From IMG/VR virus record IMGVR_UViG_3300035663_000008: a stretch of DNA of 20,000 nt; one strand, 5' to 3'. Both the position numbers and the translations under genes were made by a program. This DNA comes from an uncultured virus (IMG/VR IMGVR_UViG_3300035663_000008). Its lineage: Duplodnaviria; Heunggongvirae; Uroviricota; Caudoviricetes. Positions within the stretch are counted from its first letter, which is position 1, and each line of letters opens with the position of its first letter. This document shows positions 7,987 to 17,346 of the stretch, piece after piece. Below the pieces are notes generated by a model. The model was not told where the DNA came from. It saw only the letters and a list, made by a program, of their open reading frames with translations, and ran no database searches.

Positions 7987-10506
7987 ATGACCTACTTCAA
8001 CGATTCTCCCAAGCCCACAGAGCCACGCCGAACTGCTGCTGTTTCCAGTGGTCAGTTTGAGTCGGGTTCCGTATTTCGTTTAGTGCGCGAAATCCGTGGT
8101 TCCGCGTACTCTGTGGGCGATCAGTTCATGCTGGTGGAGAGTGAAGACTGCCATGATCCCAACACGCTTGTATTGGGCGGCGTAGGCGAAAACTACTTTA
8201 TAGACCCCCGTGGCAAGCCGCTAAAGATAGAGGCAGGGGACACACAGATTGACTCTATTTTTGAGTTGGTTCGGGAACCGCAGCGCGAGGTGGTTGAGGA
8301 GATTGGAGCCGAGGACGCTCCACCCCGTCTTGTCACAGCCGAGCAGTTCAAGACTTTCCGCGAGGGTCTTGCTGGCGTTCTGAACGAGATTGCCGCTGTT
8401 CGTTCCACTGGCGGGGAGCGTGGAGATCGCGGTCCGCGTGGCTACACAGGGGTTCAGGGCGACAAGGGTGATGTCGGACTGCAAGGACCGCAGGGTGAAA
8501 GGGGTGAGCGTGGTGAAAAGGGAGAACAGGGCGAGAAAGGCGATACGGGTGAGCGTGGACCGCAAGGGGAGCGTGGGGAACCTGGTCCGCAGGGTGATCG
8601 TGGGGAACAGGGAGAACGCGGTCCGCAAGGGGAACGCGGAGAACGCGGTGAACAGGGAGAACGGGGCGAGAAAGGCGATGCGGGTGATCGCGGCGAAGCA
8701 GGAGCAGAGGGTCCGCAAGGACCGCGTGGTGAGCGCGGTGCTGATGGTTCTGCGGGTGCTGACGGTCGTGATGGTGCTATTGGTCCGCGTGGCGAACGGG
8801 GCGAAAAAGGTGAACGCGGTGCTGAAGGCGCGATGGGTAAGCCTGGTTCAAACGGTGCAAAAGGCGAGAAAGGCGACAAGGGAGATGCTGGCGAGTCTGG
8901 AGTTGTAACCGCAAAGTTCCCGTTGGTCTATGACGCAGCCGAAAAGTCCATCTCTATTGATGAAGCACGCCTAGACAAAATTCTCAAGAAGATCATGGGC
9001 GGCGGCAAGGTGTCGCCGCAGGACATGGGTTGGCTTGCGTCCACTGGCGGCGGTGGCAAGGTGGCTGTGTACATCAACGGCTCCAAGATCACGCCTGATG
9101 TTCGCACACTGGACTTTACAGGCGCAGGAGTCACGGCTAGCAAGGTGGGCGGCAAGGTCACCGTGAACTTTACAGGCACGGGAGGCGGCAGCAGCGGTGG
9201 TGTGGCTAGCGTGAACGGATTGAGTGGTGCGGTTTCCATTGTGGGCGGAACCGATATTTCCATCAGTCCAAGTGGACAGACTCTCACCATTAACTACACG
9301 GGATCAAGCGTTTCCAATGCCGTGACATCGTTCAACGGCAATACGGGTGCGGTGCAGGGTGTATCAGCAGCAGCGGCAGGCACAGGCATATTTGTTTCTG
9401 CTGCAACTGGTTCCGTAACTATCACCAACACGGGTGTGCAGTCATTCAATGGCAAGACAGGACCAATAAATTTTGTCGCACAGCAGGGCATAACACTGTC
9501 CGTGTCTGGCACTACCACAAGCATAAGCCTTAATTACCTTCAAGGCGCGTCTGCAATTGCCACAACCAAAAATCCTGAAAAAAATGATTGGCTTGTTTTG
9601 CAGGACAATGGTTCTCCGTATTCCATGCAGAGAACACAACTAGGGAATATTTCGTATCTGTTTTTAGGTACACAGGCAACGAAAGACTCTAGTTCATATT
9701 TTAGAATGGCAACAAACATCAACGGCGTTGCCAAAACCGTTGATGACCAGTATGTTTCATTTAACGACATATCATCTGGTGTTCTACAGTCCATTCAGGG
9801 TGGAACCGACATATCGGTTTCCGTTTCAGGCACTACATTCACCATCAACTACACCGGAACGGGTGGTGGGGGAGGATCGGGCGGAAACGCCTTCTTCTAT
9901 CAGAACACCACTCCCGTAGGAGCAACCTATGGAGACAGATGGCTGAACTCTAACAGCGGTTCGGAGTATGTGTTTGTATACGATGGAGACTCACCGCAGT
10001 GGATTCAGCCAGCGGTTCCGAGCGGAGTTGGTGCCACAGGACCACAGGGAGCAACAGGAGCAACTGGTCCTCAAGGGGTTCAGGGTAATACTGGTGCCAC
10101 AGGTGCTACTGGTCCGGCGGGATCGGCAGGAGCAACAGGTACAACAGGACCAACAGAGGATGTGCTGTCTCTGTATATTGATTCCACCCCCGATGATATA
10201 AGCACAGGAAATAAGGCATTCCGACTCATACCGTATGACTGTGAAGCACTTGAGTGGTATGTTGTTGCGGGGCAAACAGGATCGGTACAATTTGATGTCA
10301 AAAAATCATCGTTTGCAAACTACCCCACCACCTCTTCCATCGTAGGATTGGACTATCCGGGCTTGAGCGGAGCGTTCAAGGCTTCAAACACAGGCATCAC
10401 CGCATGGTCAGGAATGAGTGCGGGGGACATGGTGGACTTCATCATAAATAGCAATACGGGAATACAGAGCGTAGGATTGTTCATCAAGATCAGGAGAATC
10501 ACATGA
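7987..10506 (+). CDS. Collagen-like virion fibre protein (839 aa)
   Basis: Two Gly-X-Y tracts, SFNGxTGAV fibre repeats, [24 protein letters not shown] motif, and a globular C-terminal domain. Confidence 0.8.
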   Translation: MTYFNDSPKPTEPRRTAAVSSGQFESGSVFRLVREIRGSAYSVGDQFMLVESEDCHDPNTLVLGGVGENYFIDPRGKPLKIEAGDTQIDSIFELVREPQREVVEEIGAEDAPPRLVTAEQFKTFREGLAGVLNEIAAVRSTGGERGDRGPRGYTGVQGDKGDVGLQGPQGERGERGEKGEQGEKGDTGERGPQGERGEPGPQGDRGEQGERGPQGERGERGEQGERGEKGDAGDRGEAGAEGPQGPRGERGADGSAGADGRDGAIGPRGERGEKGERGAEGAMGKPGSNGAKGEKGDKGDAGESGVVTAKFPLVYDAAEKSISIDEARLDKILKKIMGGGKVSPQDMGWLASTGGGGKVAVYINGSKITPDVRTLDFTGAGVTASKVGGKVTVNFTGTGGGSSGGVASVNGLSGAVSIVGGTDISISPSGQTLTINYTGSSVSNAVTSFNGNTGAVQGVSAAAAGTGIFVSAATGSVTITNTGVQSFNGKTGPINFVAQQGITLSVSGTTTSISLNYLQGASAIATTKNPEKNDWLVLQDNGSPYSMQRTQLGNISYLFLGTQATKDSSSYFRMATNINGVAKTVDDQYVSFNDISSGVLQSIQGGTDISVSVSGTTFTINYTGTGGGGGSGGNAFFYQNTTPVGATYGDRWLNSNSGSEYVFVYDGDSPQWIQPAVPSGVGATGPQGATGATGPQGVQGNTGATGATGPAGSAGATGTTGPTEDVLSLYIDSTPDDISTGNKAFRLIPYDCEALEWYVVAGQTGSVQFDVKKSSFANYPTTSSIVGLDYPGLSGAFKASNTGITAWSGMSAGDMVDFIINSNTGIQSVGLFIKIRRIT
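8413..8898 (+). repeat. Charged collagen tract, 54 uninterrupted Gly-X-Y triplets
   Basis: Counted from the translation (GER/GEK/GPQ/GDK-rich). Confidence 0.95.
10030..10155 (+). repeat. Uncharged collagen tract, 14 Gly-X-Y triplets (GAT/GPQ-rich)
   Basis: Counted from the translation. Confidence 0.9.
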
Positions 10507-12926
10507 AAGCAGCGGTAGAACATCATTTCACAGGTGCAACACTAGGATTCACTGGTGGTCTTCCACCTGTTGGTTCAACTGCGGGTGGCTACGACTCCAG
10601 CAAGACCCTGCTCTCCTCGCTCATTCGCCAAGCCACGGGATCAAACCCCGAGGACAAGTACATTTCTCCCGATCCCGCAGCCATCGTGAACATTCCCGAA
10701 GTGTTTGTTGGCTCACAGTTTATGCCCCATGTCTACAAGTGGTCAGACAACATCTACTGGATTTTTGCAGCGACTAATGCTAGTGCCGCAGCAACAAGAA
10801 CCATAACACTCACGGAGTTTAACTCAAGCACATTTACCTTGACCTACAAGGGATTCATCACGCTATCAGGAACCACGGTCGCAGGAAGCAAAACAGTTCG
10901 TTCGATTCGTGGAATCGTGTATAAGCATACATCAGGAACAGTTTCCACAAGTGGCTCTTCCACCACCATCACAGGGTCAAGCACACAGTTCACCACCGAC
11001 CGTATTGCAGTTGGAGCAAGAATTGGATTTGGAACCACAGACCCAACCGCAGTCACCACATGGTATGAGATTACCGCTATTGCAAGCGACACTTCGCTCA
11101 CAATCAGCGCACCCGTAAATTTGAACGCAGGCACATCGTATGTCATTGAAGAAATTCGTCTTGCAGTTGCAGTAACAAACTCATCACCTATTAACGGTGG
11201 AGTGCATCTCATCAAGGGATTGAACCACGGTACATTCACAAGTGGTGGAACAACCATTACTGAAGCAACCACAACAGACAATATTCGTGCATCGTATTTG
11301 CTTACGGATGCGGTAGGAACTTTGGGAACTGCTACGGCAACGGTGACATACAGCACTACAAATATATTGAGTTTAACTGGTCACGGACTCAATGTGGGTG
11401 ATGCTGTTCAGTTCACTACTACAACCACCCTACCAACAGGATTGGCTGCGGGAACCACTTACTATGTTATTGCCACAAATCTTGGAGCCAATCAGTTTTC
11501 TGTTTCCACATCTTTCAATGGCTCCATAACATCTATTACTGCTGCGGGTTCGGGAACACACACGGTTCACTCTGTCAGTAATAGAATTGCAGCAACGCTT
11601 GCGGTGGATGATGACGGTCGTAGTGCCACGAGCCACGATTTATACCTTGTGAATGCCGCAAACTGCCAAGTAGTCAAATACAACATGCGAGCAGCATTGA
11701 CTGTTGGCGCACTTACAGGTGGTCCTGCAAGCGGAACAAGCGTGAGCGCATTCGTCCACAAAACAGGAACAGTTGCGATTACAGGAACCATTTCACAGGT
11801 CAACAGCGGAAGAATCTTCACCGTGAATCACGGTTCAGCATCTGGTGTCAAGAGTCTGTATTTTGTTACCACAACCAGAGTTTACCGATGTCCTGTGTCC
11901 TCTCTCACAAATGCAAGTACATCTTGGCTTCAGGATTCTATGGTTGAAGTTCCACCCGGCGGTTCGGTAACATATACCACACTTTCAACAATGTCTCAAG
12001 TAGATTACTCTTCTACAATTGATCGTCTATTCATAACAAACACAGGCGGAAGATTGGGAACTTATGTGACTCCGTATGTCACAGGAGGAGAGCAGTTTGA
12101 GAAGTATATTGGAGCAAACCTTAGCCGATTGAAACTTACTACTACCCCATCAGGTGCAAGCGATGGTCTGTTTCCTCAAGCATCTTTAACTATTTGGACA
12201 GAAGACGGTTGGATGTTTGCAATTCCAAACTCAACAACATCCGGACAAAACTGGTTGTATGTGTTCCCGTTCGGCGTAGATGCGTATTACGAATCCACAA
12301 GCAGACAGGCAGTCATTACTCCTAAACTCGCAACCACGAACGCAAGCAAACTTTACCATGTGTATGTTGACCATATGGAATATGTAGGAGACTACGGACT
12401 CGGATTTCCTGTTGAGTCCTACAAGAAGTGGTATCGCACAAGTGGCATAGACGATAATAGTGGTGCATGGACAGAAATTGCTACAGCAGCGGATTTGGAA
12501 GCCGCTGCTGTATCTGATTACATTCAGTTCAAGATTGCGTTTGATATCATGGGTGAAATCTGCACCCCAACCCGCATCTATTCCATCACCTGTCTGTATG
12601 AGGACACTAATCAGGATTCGCATTATCAGCCATCCTTGTCCAAGTCCTCCACCGCAAGCAAGATATTCGCATGGAAACAGGTTGCTGCATGGGGATCAAA
12701 TATCCCAAATATGAGAATTCGTTTGTATGATGCAAGCAACAACAATGAACTACTGAATGATACTGTCACTCTGTCCTCCTACGGTACATGGCAGTATTCG
12801 ACAGACGGCACGAACTGGAATTCTTGGAGTGCCGCACAGGATACTATTGGAAACTACATTCGCTATACCGCAACGGGTTTTGGATACAGCGGAGTCACCG
12901 TCAGAGCATTGCTGACACAGGCATAA
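10503..12926 (+). CDS. Thr/Ser/Gly-rich beta-structured putative virion/receptor-binding protein (807 aa)
   Basis: ATGA overlap with the fibre gene; contains GHGLNVGDAVQF...LPTGLAAGTTYYVI, a small beta module common in phage structural proteins; no enzyme motif recognised. Confidence 0.65.
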   Translation: MKAAVEHHFTGATLGFTGGLPPVGSTAGGYDSSKTLLSSLIRQATGSNPEDKYISPDPAAIVNIPEVFVGSQFMPHVYKWSDNIYWIFAATNASAAATRTITLTEFNSSTFTLTYKGFITLSGTTVAGSKTVRSIRGIVYKHTSGTVSTSGSSTTITGSSTQFTTDRIAVGARIGFGTTDPTAVTTWYEITAIASDTSLTISAPVNLNAGTSYVIEEIRLAVAVTNSSPINGGVHLIKGLNHGTFTSGGTTITEATTTDNIRASYLLTDAVGTLGTATATVTYSTTNILSLTGHGLNVGDAVQFTTTTTLPTGLAAGTTYYVIATNLGANQFSVSTSFNGSITSITAAGSGTHTVHSVSNRIAATLAVDDDGRSATSHDLYLVNAANCQVVKYNMRAALTVGALTGGPASGTSVSAFVHKTGTVAITGTISQVNSGRIFTVNHGSASGVKSLYFVTTTRVYRCPVSSLTNASTSWLQDSMVEVPPGGSVTYTTLSTMSQVDYSSTIDRLFITNTGGRLGTYVTPYVTGGEQFEKYIGANLSRLKLTTTPSGASDGLFPQASLTIWTEDGWMFAIPNSTTSGQNWLYVFPFGVDAYYESTSRQAVITPKLATTNASKLYHVYVDHMEYVGDYGLGFPVESYKKWYRTSGIDDNSGAWTEIATAADLEAAAVSDYIQFKIAFDIMGEICTPTRIYSITCLYEDTNQDSHYQPSLSKSSTASKIFAWKQVAAWGSNIPNMRIRLYDASNNNELLNDTVTLSSYGTWQYSTDGTNWNSWSAAQDTIGNYIRYTATGFGYSGVTVRALLTQA

Positions 12927-12927
12927 A

Positions 12928-13068
12928 ATGGATGACATCATTTTCTACAGCGAATACTTCTTTCTTGATATGCCAGTACAGGCATCGGGAACGATATCTG
13001 CATTTGAGGCAGACAGTTCGTGGTTTGTACTGAGACTGGCGTTGCCCGAGAGAATATCCGTAGGTTAA
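12928..13068 (+). CDS. Small hypothetical protein (46 aa, MDDIIFYSEYFFLDMPVQ...ERISVG), below the ORF-track cutoff
   Basis: ATG 1 nt after the upstream stop and TAA 1 nt before the next ATG, filling the gap exactly. Confidence 0.6.
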   Translation: MDDIIFYSEYFFLDMPVQASGTISAFEADSSWFVLRLALPERISVG

Positions 13069-13069
13069 T

Positions 13070-13372
13070 ATGCCCATCAACTTTCCAGCATCTCCCGCCC
13101 CGAACGAAACCTACACTTATTCCGGTTCCACATGGAAATGGAATGGTGCTGCATGGGACTTGACTGTTGGAGCCATACAAACCACCGAAGACTATGTGAT
13201 TTCGTTCAACGGAGTCACGGGTGCGGTGCAGGGGGTTTCTGCGGCTGCTTCAGGCAGCGGAATCGCGGTTTCGGCTGCAACAGGTTCCGTGACCATTACA
13301 AATATTGGAGTGGTGTCGTTCAATGGGCTTACGGGTGCGATCACGGCAGTTGACGGGGGAACCTACGCCTAA
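13070..13372 (+). CDS. Miniature fibre-like structural protein (100 aa)
   Basis: N-terminal INFPASP...TWKWNGAAW motif, one 38-aa SFNGxTGAV repeat, C-terminal VDGGTY. Confidence 0.75.
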   Translation: MPINFPASPAPNETYTYSGSTWKWNGAAWDLTVGAIQTTEDYVISFNGVTGAVQGVSAAASGSGIAVSAATGSVTITNIGVVSFNGLTGAITAVDGGTYA

Positions 13373-13376
13373 ATAT
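13369..13376 (+). promoter_or_regulatory. Putative T4-type late promoter CTAAATAT
   Basis: TAAATA core overlapping the stop of the 100-aa gene, 23-30 nt before the 1315-aa gene start; same arrangement as at 7975. Confidence 0.5.
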
Positions 13377-13398
13377 TGGCACATAGGAAGCACACCAC

Positions 13399-16300
13399 AT
13401 GGGAACAGAAATCACATTCCGTAGAGGCTCAAACTTCCCCACCTCGGGGTCGGGAATTACTCTATCGGAACCAGTATTTGAAACCACGCTGAAGACTTTC
13501 CACATCGGCTTGGGTCACGGAGTCACTGCGGAGTGGGTTGGCGCACCCATTAGCGGCTTGAGCGCGGAGATTGCAGCAGGCATTACCTACAAGATTCCCA
13601 CTCTTGCGGCGGTCAAGAACTACATCGGTGGACTGTGCTACGGGAACACTGCTGGAGGTGGAACATCCATCACTCAGTATGTTGCTTCTTTAAACGGACT
13701 CACGGGTGCAGTTGGATTGGCAGGCGGAACGGACATATCCGTTGCCATTTCTGGACAGACCCTCACCGTAAATTACACTGGCTCAAGCGTTTCCAATGCG
13801 GTCACCTCGTTCAACGGACTCACTGGTGCGGTTCAGGGCGTATCGGCAGCGGTTGCTGGAACGGGAATCTCCGTTTCTGGAGCAACAGGTGCGGTCACCA
13901 TCACCAACACTGGTGTGGTGTCGTTCAACGGCAACACTGGTGCGGTTCAAAGTGTGTCTGCTGCTGTTGCAGGAACAGGCATATCTGTATCGGGTGCAAC
14001 TGGTGCAGTCACCATTACTAACACAGGCGTTCAATCATTCAACGGAGTCACAGGAGCCGTTACTGGCGCATCGCTTGGTGCAAACACCTTCACGGGGCTA
14101 CAAACCCTGAATGCAGGACTCAGCGCATCTGCCGTCTATGTGTCCACTGGTTCAACTTTTGCAGGATTGGTGACCTTCACCAATGGCGTATCTGCCGCTG
14201 GAACAATTACTCTTGCGTCACCCAATCTCACGGGAACACCAACCGCACCAACTGCGGCACTAGGCACCAACACCACACAGATTGCCACCACTGCTTTCGT
14301 ACAGTCAGAGATTGTGGCTGATACGGTCACGGCGTTCAACGGTCGGACTGGTGCGGTTCAGGGTGTCTCTGCTGCCGTGGCAGGAACAGGTATATCCGTT
14401 TCTGGCGCAACAGGATCAGTAACCATCACCAACACTGGTGTACAGTCGTTCAATGGCAACACAGGAGCAGTCACAGGCGCATCGCTTGGTGCAAACACAT
14501 TCACTGCCCTGAACTCCTTCAACGCAGGCATCAGTTCTGTTGGTGGAACATTTAGCGGCGATATTGTTAAATTCTTAAGTGGTTTGTCTGCTTCTTTTGT
14601 GAGAGTCGGCTCGCTTGAATCAAACAATAGCAATCCTGTTACTCTTTCCGATAATAGACTCCGATTTACAGTAGTAGGATTTCCCACTTCATCCTATACA
14701 ACTCTTCAGGCAGATCCCACCACATCAGCCGACCGAACAGTAACTCTCCCTGACGAAAGCGGAACCGTTGCACTCACATCCCAACTCATGGGTGCAGTGA
14801 ACGGCTCAACCGCTGCAACCACCGCTGTTACCTCGTTCAACGGACTCACGGGAGCGGTCGGCGGGGTGTGTGCTGCACAGGCAAACACATTTACCGCGCT
14901 ACAGTCGTTCGCTTCAGGAATATCTGCCAGCGGAATCACCGTTGACGGTGCAATAGAAATAAACAGAAGACCATATTGGAATTTGGGTTCAGATGAAAAT
15001 GTAGTGAACGGTGTGTCTGCTCTGTTACTGCAAGGAGCAACCCTAGGATACGCTTCAAGAATTTCGGTAAATGGATATTCCTTTCTTGGAAACACTGGTT
15101 CGGTTGATCTGATTCCATACAACGGAATTGTATATGTTCGTCGCGGAGAATACGGTGATCGTGATCTTCCAGCGGCTGCTAGTTGGACTTCTTCAATTTA
15201 CATAGAAGAGAATCAGGTTTTTGTAGGAAGATACTACGGAATCATTACAGTTCCGGGTTCTCTGACCGCAAACAGAACGGTAACGATTCCCAATGCTAGT
15301 GGAACCCTTGCACTCACATCCCAACTCATGGGTGCAGTGAACGGCTCAACCGCTGCAACCACCGCTGTTACCTCGTTCAACGGACTCACAGGCGCAGTCA
15401 CAGGTGTCACGGTGGGTGGTGCAAACACCTTTACAGCACTGAATACTTTCAATGAAGGTATCAGTGCGGCAGGAGCCACATTTGCTAGTAATATCATCGT
15501 GAACACCATGACGGTTGGTCGCGGAAATACTAGCGGTGCTGTATCAAATACTGCTTTGGGAGTCAGTGTGTTGGCTGTGAACAGCGGCACATTCAACACA
15601 GGAGTCGGAAACTCTGCTCTAACCGCAAACACGACTGGTGGCTCCAACACAGCGGTGGGAAGACGCGCACTGTTTGTAAACACCACTGGCTCATCCAACA
15701 CAGCGATTGGTCAAATTGCGCTCGGTGCGGTCACTGGGGGTGTGTTCAACACCGCGATTGGTTCAGACTCTCTGTCTTCAACACTGGTAAGCAACAGTAC
15801 AGCCGTTGGAGCAGGAGCAATACAGTATAATGTGAGCGGCAACGACAACACTGCTGTGGGTGCGTTTGCGGGATCGTTCTGGGGTGAAGGGTCTACGGCA
15901 TCCATTTTATCGAATCAGTTGCAGACTGGTGCGGGCGGTGTTTACATTGGATACTACGCTCGCGGATCAACATTTAATCAAACAAATGAAATCGTAATCG
16001 GAGCCAACGCTGTGGGCGGTGGCTCAAACACTGCCGTGATTGGCGCAACCTCACAGGTTTCTGCAACAGTTTACGGGTTGTTCAACGCGCCTAGTGGCGT
16101 GTGTGCCAGTGGAGCAACATTCTCTGGACAGGTACGGGTAAACGGAAACCTGTTTGCCAACAACATCGTGAACGCCTTGAACGGCTTCACTGGTGGTGTC
16201 ACCCTTGCAGCAGGCACAGGCATCTCGGTTAGTGGTGCAACAGGTGCAGTCACCATCACAAACATCGGTGTACAGTCATTCAACGGACTCACAGGAGAGG

Positions 16301-17346
16301 TTGGTGGAGTGTGTGCGGCACAGGCAAACACATTTACCGCGCTGAACTCGTTTAACGCAGGAATCAGTTCAGCAGGAGGAACCTTCAGCGCACTCACAAG
16401 ATTCACTGCGGGAATTAGTGCTTCTGGTGGAATGACTCTCGCGGGATTTTTACAGGGAACCACTGCAAACTTCACAGGCACTGTCACAGGAACAACTTTT
16501 ATTGGTGGTTTGAGCGGAAACGCCACAGGTATAATCATAAATGCAAGCAGTTCTTCTTCAGAATTGTTTCCAGTTTTATGCACATCCACAAGCAGTACTG
16601 TGGCAAGAGCAGATACAGTTGCACCGAGAGTTTCTATTATTCCAAGTACGGGACAACTGACTGCCCCTGTCTTTAGAGTTGCATCTACTGCATCTGGTGG
16701 GGCTTTTACTGAAATAACGGACGCTGGAATCATAACTGCTAATAGTGATTTAACACTGCTCTGCGATGCAAACATTCTTTCTTTGGGAGATGTTAATTAC
16801 ATCACTAATGGCTGTAAAATCGTAATTGATAACAGTAGTGGTTTAATAGATGTTAACGCAGTAGGATCTCCACTAACTTTAACTGGCTCATCCGTATCTG
16901 TTAGTGGACTATTAAATGCACCCGATGGAATCAGTTCAGCAGGAGGAACCTTCAGCGCACTCACAAGATTCACTGCGGGAATTAGTGCTTCTGGTGGTGT
17001 AACCTTTAGCGGAACTGTTTCATCTGACACTGGTTACAGAATAACTTCTAGTGCAATCAACGCACAGACAGGAACCACATACACTTTCCTTGAGAGCGAC
17101 AACGGCAAGGTACTGACCTTCAACAACGGCTCCGCAGTCACCGTGACCATCCCCACCGCGTTACCAGTGGGTTTCAACTGCACTGCCATTCAGTTGGGGG
17201 CTGGACAGGTTGGATTTACCGCAGCAAGCGGACTTACCCTGCAAAGTTACGGATCGCAGTACCGACTAATTGGACAACACGCATCCGCAACTATCATTGA
17301 ATACTCGGCAAACATCGTGAACCTGTCAGGAAACCTTGTTGTATGA
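13399..17346 (+). CDS. Long modular tail fibre/adhesin (1315 aa)
   Basis: N-terminal ITFRRG...EPVFETTLKTFHIG (Mtd-N-like anchor); multiple SFNGxTGAV repeats; LASPNLTGTPTAPT...TTQIATTAFV fibre motif; NTAxG ~14-aa repeats (YadA-head-like); C-terminal NAQTGTTYT...DNGK...QLGAGQV domain. Confidence 0.85.
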   Translation: MGTEITFRRGSNFPTSGSGITLSEPVFETTLKTFHIGLGHGVTAEWVGAPISGLSAEIAAGITYKIPTLAAVKNYIGGLCYGNTAGGGTSITQYVASLNGLTGAVGLAGGTDISVAISGQTLTVNYTGSSVSNAVTSFNGLTGAVQGVSAAVAGTGISVSGATGAVTITNTGVVSFNGNTGAVQSVSAAVAGTGISVSGATGAVTITNTGVQSFNGVTGAVTGASLGANTFTGLQTLNAGLSASAVYVSTGSTFAGLVTFTNGVSAAGTITLASPNLTGTPTAPTAALGTNTTQIATTAFVQSEIVADTVTAFNGRTGAVQGVSAAVAGTGISVSGATGSVTITNTGVQSFNGNTGAVTGASLGANTFTALNSFNAGISSVGGTFSGDIVKFLSGLSASFVRVGSLESNNSNPVTLSDNRLRFTVVGFPTSSYTTLQADPTTSADRTVTLPDESGTVALTSQLMGAVNGSTAATTAVTSFNGLTGAVGGVCAAQANTFTALQSFASGISASGITVDGAIEINRRPYWNLGSDENVVNGVSALLLQGATLGYASRISVNGYSFLGNTGSVDLIPYNGIVYVRRGEYGDRDLPAAASWTSSIYIEENQVFVGRYYGIITVPGSLTANRTVTIPNASGTLALTSQLMGAVNGSTAATTAVTSFNGLTGAVTGVTVGGANTFTALNTFNEGISAAGATFASNIIVNTMTVGRGNTSGAVSNTALGVSVLAVNSGTFNTGVGNSALTANTTGGSNTAVGRRALFVNTTGSSNTAIGQIALGAVTGGVFNTAIGSDSLSSTLVSNSTAVGAGAIQYNVSGNDNTAVGAFAGSFWGEGSTASILSNQLQTGAGGVYIGYYARGSTFNQTNEIVIGANAVGGGSNTAVIGATSQVSATVYGLFNAPSGVCASGATFSGQVRVNGNLFANNIVNALNGFTGGVTLAAGTGISVSGATGAVTITNIGVQSFNGLTGEVGGVCAAQANTFTALNSFNAGISSAGGTFSALTRFTAGISASGGMTLAGFLQGTTANFTGTVTGTTFIGGLSGNATGIIINASSSSSELFPVLCTSTSSTVARADTVAPRVSIIPSTGQLTAPVFRVASTASGGAFTEITDAGIITANSDLTLLCDANILSLGDVNYITNGCKIVIDNSSGLIDVNAVGSPLTLTGSSVSVSGLLNAPDGISSAGGTFSALTRFTAGISASGGVTFSGTVSSDTGYRITSSAINAQTGTTYTFLESDNGKVLTFNNGSAVTVTIPTALPVGFNCTAIQLGAGQVGFTAASGLTLQSYGSQYRLIGQHASATIIEYSANIVNLSGNLVV
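13801..14028 (+). repeat. Tandem 114-bp (38-aa) scaffold repeat; further copies at 9322-9435, 13196-13309 and 14326-14439
   Basis: [38 protein letters not shown] unit, near-identical in protein and diverged at synonymous positions. Confidence 0.9.
14768..15389 (+). repeat. Exact 82-bp direct repeat pair (14768-14849 and 15308-15389), offset 540 bp
   Basis: TTGCACTCACATCCCAACTC...TTCAACGGACTCAC identical by manual comparison; encodes LALTSQLMGAVNGSTAATTAVTSFNGLT-type segment. Confidence 0.92.
16360..16997 (+). repeat. Exact 71-bp direct repeat pair (16360-16430 and 16927-16997), offset 567 bp
   Basis: GGAATCAGTTCAGCAGGAGG...GTGCTTCTGGTGG identical by manual comparison; encodes GISSAGGTFSALTRFTAGISASGG. 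Confidence 0.92.

Noticed and set aside
8454..8879. Pro/Ser-rich repetitive minus-strand ORF
   Set aside because: Reverse-complement artefact of the Gly-X-Y collagen tract.
13680..16430. CRISPR array or invertible shufflon
   Set aside because: Repeats are protein-coding, direct, in frame and irregularly spaced; no inverted crossover sites or site-specific recombinase seen.
14768..16997. Diversity-generating retroelement template/variable repeat pair, suggested by the Mtd-N-like anchor and repeat pairs
   Set aside because: Copies are identical rather than differing at adenines, both lie in frame inside one CDS, and no reverse transcriptase is in the window.
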